NCBI RefSeq assembly: GCF_037042905.1
Contig: NC_087255.1
Location: 28,458,001-28,522,000 of the forward strand
Direction: 5' to 3'
DNA: 64,000 nt
Origin: Lytechinus pictus
Taxonomy: Eukaryota
Part shown: positions 36,401 through 48,744 of the stretch, piece by piece
Layout: every line of letters starts with the position of its first letter
How positions within the stretch are numbered: position 1 is the first letter of the stretch
Translations under genes and position numbers: made by a program
Notes under the pieces: generated by a model
Databases searched by the model: none
What the model saw: only the letters and a program-made list of their open reading frames with translations
What the model was told of the DNA's origin: nothing

Positions 36401-39400
36401 GAAGAAAGGATGGCTATTTCAGCGAAAATACCAAGAAATTATCAAATTGGCATAAATCCTACTTGTTTTCTTTTATTTTTTCAAGTCATGAATGTACAAT
36501 CTTGGTTATACTTTTGTTTGATCGAGATTTTTTATATTCTTTCTTGTTAGCCAATGCTTACGAGGTACCCTTTACCTGTTCATATTTGGAATCTACTGAG
36601 CACGTTAGGCTTAATTATCTGGCAGAGTCTGACAATTAATATTTCAGGTATTGTCAAGAACAACTTTTATTTCATAAGAGGTGTTAAAAAGAAGATTCAA
36701 GGAATTTGAAACATTAAGTAATAGGTCTATAGCAAGTAAAAGGATTTCAAAATAAAAGCTCCGGAACTCAGCCATCACCGACATAGCAACGATGTAGTAA
36801 CCTTCTCTCTACTACTATGCAATGAGCCAGATGCTTTCCTATTTCAGCACATGGAATTGTCCTTTAGGGCAAATGAGGCAAATCTGTTCTAAATTGATTA
36901 CTTATTTACAAATTTATGCATGCTTTCTAACAAAGATTTTCTTTATAACATTAACGCTTATTATCCGACATAGCAACAATAAAATGCAGGCAGGTGGTAT
37001 CTGGATACCAGGTATACGTACAAATTGTTACATGTTATAGCTTGGTTCTGGGAAAGAAAAAACGGTGCATCACAGAAAACATGCTTAAGAAATTGAAGTG
37101 CTTATGACTGAATCTACCTATTGTTTGATAGACTGTATTCATACTGGTGAGATATTTTTCCTAATAGAGACCTGTCAGAATAAGACACATTTAGGGGTCT
37201 CGGGAGTAAGGAGGGGGTAGAGGGGTAACCATCCCCTATAGTTCTTCAAGTAACAGAAAGGATGAGATGAAGGAAGAAAGAATGTAAGCATAAAGAGGAT
37301 AGGTCTTGGTCACGTAAGTCTATAGTATACATTCATTCTATTGATAACAAATATGGCGCTACCTGTAAACGTCCTGTACCCCACCGCCTCCCGAATAAAA
37401 TTATCCTGGTGACGCTCGTTGTCACGCTTTACCAGACATACACATTCCAGACATTGGACCCATTGGTCCTGGGGTGGTTTTGAAAAGAATGCTCAATCCG
37501 GTTTCAACATGTTCAATGGGTTACCAACTTTGCGCATAATGCTTTGTTAGGCAAGCCCAAATCAAAAGAAATTGTGGCATGTTGGTAACCCATTCAAACT
37601 GGGTTGGCCGAAGTCTCTCGTGAGCCATTTCGTAGTTTCCATTCTGCGCATGATCGTAAGAAGGTAATTGGCTCTAAAGTTTCATGGTGGTTTAATATCT
37701 AATGAGATAAGCACCAACTTTGATCTCTTGATTATTCATTTATTCTTCTGAAATGTGTTTTTCATTAGATCCACAAAAAACAACAATACGTCCACTAGCG
37801 ACGGGTATTTCACAGTTGGCCAAGTACATTGTTATAAGAACATGCCAATGTATTCAAAGTTGAAATGTAACAAATACCTTCATAGAAAGTTCATTGGTGT
37901 ACTATTCTAGTCACCTGGTCTATTCAATTTCTTCATCCTGCTATGTTAAGGCATGCTTACCTAAAGTCGCGCCTTGAAATCAGCCTATCATAATGAAAGA
38001 AATGAAAGGTCATTTGACCAAAACTGCCCATGAAGTAACTGGAAATGGTATATTAATGGCTCGGGGAGGGGGGTACTGAGCCCACTAAAGTAAAGTGGGG
38101 AGCAAAAATTGCAATTTCATGGTATTTTTTTTACGTTTCTGTACAGTTTATCGAACGAAAGGGGGTGTATCCCCCCCCCCCCCCCCCCGCCACGGTTCCG
38201 CAAAACCTGGTATATAGGCCTACATAACTGCATGATTTTTTTTCTTTACTTTTGGCATGCTTCGTTACTAGGTGCGAAGACAAGAAATATTCTTAACAGG
38301 TCTCCTAAAGTACTTGATGAAAAGATTGAAGTATATGCATTGATCCTAATACCTCGGTCACATTTGCTCTGCGACGGCCGTACGGCAAGTCGACAACAGC
38401 CGTTTTAACATTTTTTGCACCAGCTACATATACATGATATAGGCTGTTTGAAAAAAAAATGAATAAAACGGCTCTTTTCGACTCACCGTACGGCCACCGT
38501 AGAACAAATGTGACCGAGGTATTAGAAGAATCGATTGGAATGTTTTAGTACAGTATAGGCATATGCATGAGGTTCGAGACGGAAGCGAGGGTATAAATAC
38601 AGGAGATTTTCTTCTTGTCGGCACACCTTGTCACAACGCCTGGCTTGCCGAACGTCTCTCTGCGTCTCGCCCTGCACCTCCAAGCATCCAGTCATGAAGT
38701 CTTTCGTCGTATTCTTGGCCGTTCTCGTCGGAACAGCAGTCGCCAAGCCGAAGACGACATCTTCCGATGACCTGAAGCAACGGAACAAAGATATCTCGTC
38801 CAAGGAGTACCTGAAACGAATCTTCCAGCAATCTGTGGTCTCTTTCGTCGGAAATGACGCCAAAGACATTGTCGAGAATCTACATGACCTAGGGCTTCAC
38901 GAGGCAGCGGCCATCGCCAAGCAGGTGGAACTGAAGCAGATACTTCGAGACAGTGACCTTCGTAAGTTAACCCCTGAAATAATTTTCCCAATAAATCGCC
39001 TTAAAACGCGTACTCTGGAAATGTTTTTGAATATAGATGAAGAAAAATCATCAAAATCGGACAAGGTGTAACGAAGTATATATACTGTCAATGATTTGCA
39101 TTATTTCGGTGCAGTCTTAGGCATGTCTTCATGAAAATGTGATAAGCAAACTGATGTCATATCTTCAAATTTTTAATTTTTATGAAGATATGCAGGGCTC
39201 AAACTTTCTCACATTTGTTGAATAATTATATTCATTTAAATTTTGCCCTACCAAGAATAAAGAAATGGACTAACAATTTGAAATTTTATTATCCCACGAA
39301 CTTGGTATGGTGTGCCATTGCTTGCCTAACATTTCGGTCATTTTTCTCACTTTTACACTACAGCATCTGTCACATTGTGCATGCCCAGTGACGAGGCTGT

Positions 39401-42400
39401 CCAGAAGTGGAGGCAGGAGCTCCCCGGAAGACTGATGCCAGAGAGGGAGATCTTGAAGAACCTGGTCAAGGCTTGGATCGTTCCACAAAGTGTCAGGCCA
39501 TCAGAGGTCACTAATAACCAGAAGGTGCAAAGCTTGAATGGCGCCAAACTGAGATTCAATATCTACAGTGATGTTGAGAGGGAAAAGGTAATTATGAAGA
39601 AACTGAACTTTGATCGTTCAAAATTTACTCTGCTTAAAACCCGAGAAAGGTCTGAAGATCTTAACTATCTTCTAAACATAATACCACTTACAGGGGTATA
39701 TTCCGGGCTGAAATATATCTAAAGTAAAATTCAATAGAATTGTAGTTTAGCAATGATTTGTGAAAACATGTTGGGCACACCGTCATGAATATTCATTAGG
39801 TGGGCTGATATGTCCCCACTTATGTTATTACATGAAGTCGCAATTAACATATTTTCATACACGTTAGCATAGTGGTGTAATAGTCAAAAATTAAGGGGGC
39901 CAGATAAAGCGAGCAAGAAAAAAAAATATTTAAAAGTGACATTTTGTGATTTAAAGAATTATATTCGGAAAATGAGATCATATTTCACGCTTCTTCCTTT
40001 CGTGAATCTTGGGTGAAGCCCCCGCCCCCATCGGTACGCCACTGCATGATGTCTCCCTTTTGATAAAATAAGTTGTGAATATCTAATCGAGTATATTAGT
40101 TGCGAATCCATTTTTATTCTTGGACAGTTGGAATAAACAATTTAATGTGAAATTACAAAAAAGTGGGAATGACACCCGCCATCAAGACATGCCATGCATA
40201 GACAAAAATTTTGTTCGTTATCCGAATTTGATTTAATTTTCACCGCTTTTTCAGCGATTATACTGATGTCATCATCAAAATGGTGTGTATGCGACTTTGT
40301 TTAGCCAATTTTTTTATCAATGTTTTTACAGGTCATCACCGTCAACGGTGCTCGAGTCACTCAAGCCATTCTGTGTCCCGGAAATGAAATCGTCCAGATC
40401 GTCGACAAGGTCATCTATCCACTTCCAGTTGGTAATGTCATCGAGACCTTGGAAGATAACGAAGCCTTCTCCATCATCGTCGATCTCGTTAGGCAGATCG
40501 ACCTGAGAGAACTTGGTAAGTTTGCATCCAATGAATGGGCACTTATCGTTTTGTAAAACCCCTCTTAACAGTTTAACAATTTGAAGAACTTGGTTTACTT
40601 TGTATTATACAAAAGTTCTCACTGTTCTCAAAATTTTACATTCGTTTATATAAAATGACCTACATAATCTAAATTGCTCAAATCGGGTAAAGCATAAAGA
40701 GAAAAAATTAAAAGCAAAAGTTCAACCCTACTTTGGATAGTGAAATAAGTAACGCCCAATTTTTTTTTCGATTTCAGAATATGATCCCATAACGGTTATC
40801 GTACCCACCAACGACGCCTTCAAAGCCCTCCCATCTGGTGTCCTCGACGACCTAAAACGCGACAACGACAAACTCCGCAACGTTCTCAAATACCACGTGA
40901 TCTCTGACGTCAGATATTCTGTTTCTTTGTCGTCTGGACAGCGCATCCTTACAGAACAGGGAGATGAGATTTCGGTTACCCGCGATAATCAAGGTATGCA
41001 TCGATCAACCTAGACTCCTCCCCCCCCAAAAAAAAAAAAAATAATAATAATAAAATAAAAAATAACTGAATATATATATATATAATAAAAAGGACTAATA
41101 AATCAAAAAAAATTGTGCAAATTCAAAATTGTTATAGAATATTCTAATCGACCATTTCCTATATAAGAAACTTCAAGTGTATTGTATTCAAGGAAAAGAC
41201 TGCCACCGAGTTAAGACTAATTAAATGAATGTATAATTGTTTAAAAATTTCATTTCGACCCTACTTAGCATGTATAACGTATTTTCTCCAAGCTCGTCTT
41301 TTGAAAAATAATCGTGATAAATTTTTGTTTTCTGTTTTTTCAGATCAAATTATCCTGAACGAGCAGAGCAAGCAGACGGAACCTCCACGAGTGATCTTAC
41401 GTGATATCCCTACCACCAACGGAGTCATCCAGGTAGTCGATCGGGTCCTTCTCCCACCTCAAAGACACTTCGTTCTCGTCTAAAACCGGACCAGATTGGT
41501 GATCAACACTATACATTGATCGTTATCACATAGTCACCATTTATTTCAAATTTTATTTACAGAGCAATTATTGAATAATTCTGTTTTTTTACAGAAATAA
41601 AACTACCACTATTGTATATTGCAAAACCTTTTCTATTTTCTGATTTTTCTTATTGTGTACGTGAGAGGTTACTAAAAGGCATTGGTGTTGTAGCAGGGGT
41701 CTGGGAACGGTTTAGATTTTCACTCCAAGACTATTTTGGGCCAGAAAGAAGACAGCTAATTTTCAATGAAGATTTCAAATCGAATCTCTGCAATAACATG
41801 CCAATCCGATTTTCAGGGGGTGCTGCCTATGGTGTATAACATACGCAGCACCCCCAGAAAAGAATCTTGGTGCCTTTTTAACACCACCGCCTCCCAGAGC
41901 CATGCTGTTTCGTTTTGTGTGATTTGAGCTCATGAGGTCCAATTCCCATTTGGAGTTGAAGATAAAAGTGGGGAATGAACTTACCATTTGACTGTCCGGT
42001 ATTTCTAAACACTGCGATAGGCACAACTATAGCTATCACTGTAGAAAGAAGGAAAGAAAAGTTTAAAAAAAGGAAATCTGTTTAAATCTGTCATTGTGAT
42101 ATTGTGGAATTCTAAATTCGAGAGGGGGATAAATTGGGGTTCACCTGGCAGTTTTCGCAACCACTTCGCAGACGCCTTCTGGAATGTTGAGATTCCTTTT
42201 TTTATTAAAGCCCTTCATATGAAAAGGCAGCCCCTTTAAAAACATTTCGTCCGATCTCTCAATCTGTTCAATATAATGCAACGTTCTAGAAAGCGTCCGC
42301 GTAGTGCTTGCGAACACTCACTACTGCTGGTTCACCGAACGTGAAATATATTCTGAGGTAGTATAATATGTATATTGCGTGCCAAAGGAAGAACACCAGT

Positions 42401-45400
42401 ACCTGGGATTATGTAATATTACGCTAATGAAGGATAAAGTGTGTCATCATTCAACGCCCCATTTTTCTCAGTTTCCCAAGAGACGTTACTTTATTTACCC
42501 TCCCCGGCCCCTTCTTCTCTCCCACGGACTCTTCTTCCACTATTTCAGCACTACCCCCCCCCCCCCCATTTCAGCACTATGATTCAAAGCTCATGACTAA
42601 TAAATCATAGTAAAAATCAGCAAATGTTTCTCTGTTGCTAATAGGGGTTATGGAGAATGATCAACATTGAAAGGAATAACAATTTAATAATTAAAATTTT
42701 GAATCTTGGTTCAATTGGCTATTTGAACCTTAACAGCCCCTGGAATCCCCAAATAGAAGTCCAATGTGGATTCGTCACAATTACATGTATTACACCCTTC
42801 AATATACGCATAAATCGAGAAAAAAAAAAACGCCTTAGAAATCATAAAACACTAAGGGTGCCGTATAACGAATATGAAAGGGTGAAATTGGAGGCTATAC
42901 ATTCATAATCTGTGGTCATTTTTACATATTTGCACATGGTAACCAATACCACCCCTCCCGTTCCACGACGGTCTGTTACATCCTGATGTTAACTGATGAT
43001 TAGCCGGAAGTTATCTAATCTTTCATTTATATCTTTTGATAATTCAACATTATCCAGTGAGTCAAATTAATATCTATAGCCAATCGGTTTAAAATTTGTA
43101 ATTTGAAACGGTGTTTCATCCACAGCTTTTTATTATTTTTTTAGTTCAACAAATCCAGCGAGTCGAAATGATATTTTAGTATCTATAGCCAATCAGTTTA
43201 AAATTGGTAATTCGAAACGGTGTTTCATCAAGAGCTTTTGTTTTCATTTGCACTAGTTTTACTTCATTTCGTCGCATAGATATTAAAAAACAACCCTAAC
43301 CCTACATTAAAGATGAAAATGTATTTTGACATTTTATTTATTTACAGATCCTTCCTACTGCAAAATGGAATGCCCGAATGTTGTATTTTACAAAACGGGA
43401 GAAATCTATGTATTATCGTATCGAATTTTTCTCTTAGATAATTGTTGAGAATTTCAAATTACAAAGATCAGATTCAAACTTTGTGGTCCGTATTCTGTCC
43501 GGTGAAACTTAGGTCATGGATTAACTCTGTGCTAAAATTATATGAAGCCGGAAAAGTCATAACTTTGTATAGCATTCAGTCTTTTTATATCCACTGTGCT
43601 CTTTCACAATGGCGATGAATTCACTATAAGTTATTCCCGACAGTTATGAAAAAAATGACTGAATGAGCTGGTAAATTAAACATGTAGAGTTATAGATTTC
43701 TGTCACTATCGATTATCCATAATTAAACCACAATTTTAGATAAGAGATTGATTCAAACCAGTGTTCATAATAGGCGCTGAGGTGATGGGAATCAACATGA
43801 TTTAATCCGAGTCATTATGAATCCTTGGTTACCATGGGAACAGACCCTGGATGTCTCTTGTAAAACAGCACATACAGTGATCAATCAAACAATCTATTGT
43901 TAAAGGGTACCCAATCATGCCAATGTCGAGTAACAATTGTGACAAAAACCGTAAGGAAGTCATTCATCAAAACTTTCCTGGCCCCTGCGAGGCCCTTGAT
44001 CAAGTTTATATTTTGGCACACAGAAAATATATAACCTGAAACTATAAATAGAAGTTAAAAGAATCTTTTTTTGCTTATAGCACTTATTTAGGAGAAGGTC
44101 ACCCTGATATAAAATTAGCTTTAATATGAGTATAGAAAACAAAAGAAACGCGAAGATATGGCAAAAATCCATCAAAGATTAAAGGAATTATGAATATGTA
44201 AATTTTGATTTTGAAACGTCATATGCGAGCATCTCTCCTATATAATAGTTGAAAAAAATATATTTTCTAAAGAAAATATAGAAAATTGTTTTAGCTTTGC
44301 ATTCATTATACCACCAGAGAAATAATTTCATAATCGTTTTTACAAGTTAAATCAGTAATCACCAACTATTTAAAAAAAATGCTCGTATATGACGTCACAT
44401 AATTCAAAATTTTGTAAGCAATCGATCTCTTTCTTACTACTCGATTGGTAATCGTCAAAATTGACTTAACCAATATTTTCTCGAATTGTTTTGCTGTTAT
44501 TAAAACACCTCTATAAATGTTCGTTTAGAATGAACATCCCCTGTAATGGTCAGTCTCACTTAAACATAAACTAGATTTGAATAAATAGAGAAACCAAAGA
44601 AGAATAAATCTGACAGTTTTCATCAACTTCTGACGAAGTGTAAGAAAGCATATGAAAATAGTAATATGCACACTACCTGAATTTTTTTTTATACTTTTGA
44701 TCTGTCGTATAACAGTACAAAAAAGATGAGTTTGGGAATGTCTCGTACTTTGACAAAAAGGCCCATGCAAATTTAAAGGTCAATTCCACCTCAGAAATGT
44801 TGATTTGAATCAATAGAGAAAAATCAGACAAGCATAATGCTGAAAATTTCATCAAAATTGGATGTAAAATAAGAAAGTTATGACATTTTAAAGTTTCGCT
44901 TATTTTTCACAAAATAGTTATATGCACAATTTGGTCACACACAAATGAGAGAATCGATGATGTCCCTCACTCACTATTTCTTTTGGTTTTTATTGTTTGA
45001 ATTATACAATATTTCATTTTTTACAAATTTGACAATAAGGACCAAATTGACTGAACCATAAAATGTCAAACAATGGTAATTCCACATGTTCAGGGAGAAA
45101 TAAAACTTTATTTCACAGGACAATGCGGAGAAAATTAGAATATTTCACATTTCATATAAAAGAATACATAAGAAATAGTGAGTGAGGGATGTCATCAGTT
45201 CCCTCATTAGCATACTGACCAGGATGTGCATATAACTGTTTATGAACTTAAGCGAATCTTAAAAATGTCATAACTTTCTCATTTTACATCCGATTTTGAT
45301 GAAATTTTCAATGTTATGTTTGTTGGATTTTTCTCTTTTTATTCAAATCAACTTTTTGTTGGGGTGGACTTGTCCTTTAATATCAAAATTTGGTCGTCAT

Positions 45401-45834
45401 ACATTCAATATTCTTTTTAAATTGTTATTTTTGTATATTTTGATAATAAGGGAGTTCATGAACTGATGTGAAACAGTAGAAAAAAAAACGTTCATTACTT
45501 TGACATTTGGGGCGTTGCACGAATACGTTCAATTCAAGATAAAAAAAAAGTCCCCTAATCAATCGAAAGTTCTTTGATTAAAAGCAAATATGTAATGCAT
45601 CAACTTTCTTGCAACGCCCAATTAAGTTTGATTTTAATTTTACCATGTTACGCTTGATTTGAAAATAAATGTGTTTTTTTTCTCGCAACGCGCCCCAACT
45701 GTAGTTTAAATATTTGAACCAATTATAACAAAATGGGAAACGAAATTTCTGATGAAGTATAACTTCAAATAATACTCACCCACGATGAAAGATACGAAAA
45801 CGGCAAAAATTGCCCATTTCTTGTCACAAGCCAT
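33455..45834 (-). CDS. Secreted phospholipase A2 (group I/II/V/X fold), 215 aa, with Pro/Thr-rich tail; 4 exons
   Basis: Exons 45834-45780 (signal peptide MACDKKWAIFAVFVSFIV), 35911-35743 (FGLMIKC..YHGYGCHCG..DSVDQ), 34761-34628 (CCKDHDVC) and 33744-33455 (CAEAKCQCDRDAAICF). All GT-AG and phase-compatible. The link of exon 1 across the 9.9-kb intron is inferred from phase, signal peptide and TATA. Confidence 0.85.
34824..35037 (+). mobile_element. Decayed tRNA-derived SINE
   Basis: A-box-like tagctcagtcgg head; gcgctgtacaaaaactg plus (tta)n tail; no B box or cloverleaf. Confidence 0.55.
38350..38521. mobile_element. Palindromic MITE just upstream of the fasciclin gene TATA box
   Basis: tacctcggtcacatttg / caaatgtgaccgaggta TIR with longer imperfect arms. 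Confidence 0.75.
38592..38599 (+). promoter_or_regulatory. TATA box of the fasciclin gene
   Basis: tataaata about 100 bp upstream of ATG 38694. Confidence 0.6.
38694..41483 (+). CDS. Secreted two-FAS1-domain (fasciclin) protein, 343 aa, sea-urchin YP30/EBP/HLC-32-like; 5 exons
   Basis: Exons 38694-38961, 39364-39587, 40332-40515, 40778-40993 and 41344-41483 (GT-AG, in phase). Signal peptide MKSFVVFLAVLVGTAVA. FAS1 motifs TLCMPSDEA, VQIVDKVIYP, TVIVPTNDAF, LKYHV, TNGVIQVVDRVLLP. aataaa at about 41596. Confidence 0.92.
44777..45376. mobile_element. Kolobok-like MITE (TTAA TSD)
   Basis: ttaa|aggtcaattccac ... gtggacttgtcct|ttaa; inverted copy of the 30393 family. Confidence 0.8.
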
Positions 45835-45904
45835 GGTTGTTTGTCCTCTTCACTCTCGTCATGAAATGAAAATTATAGAATGTCTTGTATCACTTAAACG
45901 TACC

Positions 45905-46190
45905 TTCATTTATATATACCTCCAAACTAGAGCCCCACTCACACCAACGAAACCGAATCCAAACCGACCGATTGTATTCCATTCCAAGTAACGTAATATC
46001 TGTGATCGGTTTAGGGTCGACCACGGTGGTGGGACTGGACATGACTCATTAGAAGTTGGGAAAGTTGGTAATTGAATGAGTGACTAGATAGGGGGCACAG
46101 TCGTGATGTCATCCATGATTGGTCGCTGGTTGCTAGGCAACCAGAGGCTGTAATACTAATTCGGAAATGTAGGGGAAAAGCTGACGTGCA
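45905..46190 (-). promoter_or_regulatory. Putative promoter of the first PLA2 gene
   Basis: TATATATAAA (minus) at about 45909-45918, AP-1 tgactca 46042-46048, CCAAT (minus) at about 46118, X-box gttgctaggcaac 46129-46141, tgacgt at about 46182. Confidence 0.5.
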
Positions 46191-46585
46191 GGGGCTCGGT
46201 TTTTCTAGGGGGGGGGTTACATTAATAGTCGTCCAAATTTAGAGTTTTCGGTATGTTTAGAAATAAATGACGTAAAAGGCAGACCTTAATTTATCAAAAT
46301 TAAAACTTTTAACTTAATATTTTGATGAGAAGTTTATATCATATTTGGAATATAATAGTTTTTTGTTGTGTCTGCTTAAAATGTTATGTTTTAACTTTGT
46401 CTACTCTATCTAGTAACTACATGTTTGTATTGTTGTGTTTTTATCATCATAAGTAGNNNNNNNNNNNNNNNNNNNNNNNNNNNNNNNNNNNNNNNNNNNN
46501 NNNNNNNNNNNNNNNNNNNNNNNNNNNNNNNNNNNNNNNNNNNNNNNNNNNNNNNNNNNNNNNNNNNNNNNNNNNNNNNNNNNNN

Positions 46586-46700
46586 ATCATCTTCATCATT
46601 CTCATCATCTTCATCATTATCATCATCTTCATCATTCTCATCATCTTCATCATTATCATCATCTTCATCATCATCATTATCTTCATCATCATCATCATTA
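46586..46700. repeat. (CAT)n microsatellite next to N gap 46457-46585
   Basis: atc/ttc triplet run. Confidence 0.85.
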
Positions 46701-48274
46701 ACTTTGTTGAACGGTTAATAGAAGTAAAAATACCCGAATGATTTGAGAGATTGTATTGTTTCATAGAAAGATATTTACCTTAATGACTTCTCTTTTCTGT
46801 GTGAGGGTACTTTGATGTGGGTGTGCATGTGTCGAGTTGAAATTCATTGCTTTTATTACAAGTTTATACTCCAAGTTGTATCGCATAAGAGTTCAATATG
46901 GATGTCTTCCTTATCACGATTCTCTTAAAAAAACTACCCCTTTTCGGGTCCTCTAATTTCCTCTTTACCCCTCTTCCCGATTAACGATGAAATTATGATT
47001 CATTAATTACGATGTAGCCTTCGTATTACCTCCTGCGATGATCCCTCTACCCACGTATAAACTACCATGTACACCCACTCCCTACCCCCCCCCTCATATC
47101 TCCCTCCCTCCCTTCCTTTACCTCTTCTTTCTTCTCTCACTGTCCCGCCTCTCTTCCTTCTCGTCATGTTTCTCCGTAAAGCTTCTTTTCATTTCTCATT
47201 TCCTCCTCCGCGTTCATAATTTCCTGGTTTTTTTCCTTTCCTATTCCACTGTATTTTCTTTCCTCAGTCCTCCCCCCCTACACTCCCCACGCACCCCCCC
47301 CCCCCTTCTCTCTCTCTCAATATTTCACACTCCTCTCTCTCTATCGCTCTCACTTTCTACTTCTCTTCTGTTCTTTCTCTCCCTCTTCCTTTCTTCAATC
47401 TCATAGGTAAATGAATAAATATCTCTCTATCACGCGACAGGAAAAAAAGTATTCGATGACTCGCATTATTCAATTACAACTTCTAATTTACAAAAGAAAT
47501 AAATTTTAATCAAAAGTATTTCAAAATATGACATTAAAAAAAAAAGTATTATTTTGGCATAGCTGTCTACCAACATTAAGGCCTAGTGATTACTACAACA
47601 TACTTTATTTCACTGTGTGATAAATTTTGGGGTTCTCTTCTAACAAAATCTGGTTTATCCTCTTTGATTTATAACTTTCTCATTTCGATATTATTCTGCC
47701 ATTTTCACTGCTTTCTTTAATTCTTTCTATTTCATCGAAACCCGTCATTTTGCATTCATAATTGTACATTTAATAGACGCCTGTTTCAATACTTTCCGGA
47801 AGCCTTTTATTGTATGTTTTATATTTATATCCACACTTCATTTTGATTATTGTAACAGTGCCCACAGGGCTAAAATCACACAAATTAACATGTATATACA
47901 ATTATGATGGTATCACTCATCCAATACTATTTTCAGGAATATTCAAAACCTTTTGGAGGGAGTTACATGAGCTTTATATTTGATTGGAATCGCAGTTCTT
48001 TTTCTGATTTCTATTTCTATTAACAGGAACCCCAAATCAAGATAAAATGATGAGACATTCTCGAAAAGATTTTAAAAATAGGAGTTTCTCTTGATTGTCG
48101 AAAATCTAATAATATATATCGATTTTTATAAATATAAAGCACACAGATTGGATGTAAATGATAGCGGCATAAGTCACATTTGTGACAAAAGTTACACAAA
48201 TTACTGATGACCCTATTACTTTAAAGCTAGTTGCATAGTTAGAATGTAATTCAGTAAAAGAAAAGTATCATACC

Positions 48275-48540
48275 GCCCTTTCACACGGTAAAAAAAATCT
48301 TAATTTGAAAGATGATTCCAGTGAAAAGTAAGGCTAATTACGAATTTTAGCACGTGTGAAACCAAACTAGAATCACGAACGCTAATCACAATCACGAATT
48401 CAAATTCTACTTGGAGGTCAATTCCAGTTAAGTTTCACTCAAATTACAATATTTTCCGTGTGAAAGGTCCGATGATTCTAAAGACGAATTGCAATCATCA
48501 TTACAATGTCTGATGATTCAAGATTCACGTGTGAAAAGGC
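48275..48540. mobile_element. MITE with gccctttcacacg / cgtgtgaaaaggc termini
   Basis: Terminal inverted repeats plus internal gtgtgaaa repeats. Confidence 0.6.
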
Positions 48541-48744
48541 CCATAGTTATTCCGCATGTAGCCACCGTTTTCCGTACTAATTATAAACATCAAATTGACT
48601 ATAAAAAAAAATCGACATTGTCTAATTGAGGCTCTATTCAAGGCTCTATCGTATACAATGATTATTAATCTTTTCTAAAAATGGGTGATTTTTTTTTTTT
48701 AATAAGTAATTTTGAGGCATCGGTGAGTGTTTTTCGGGGTGTTT

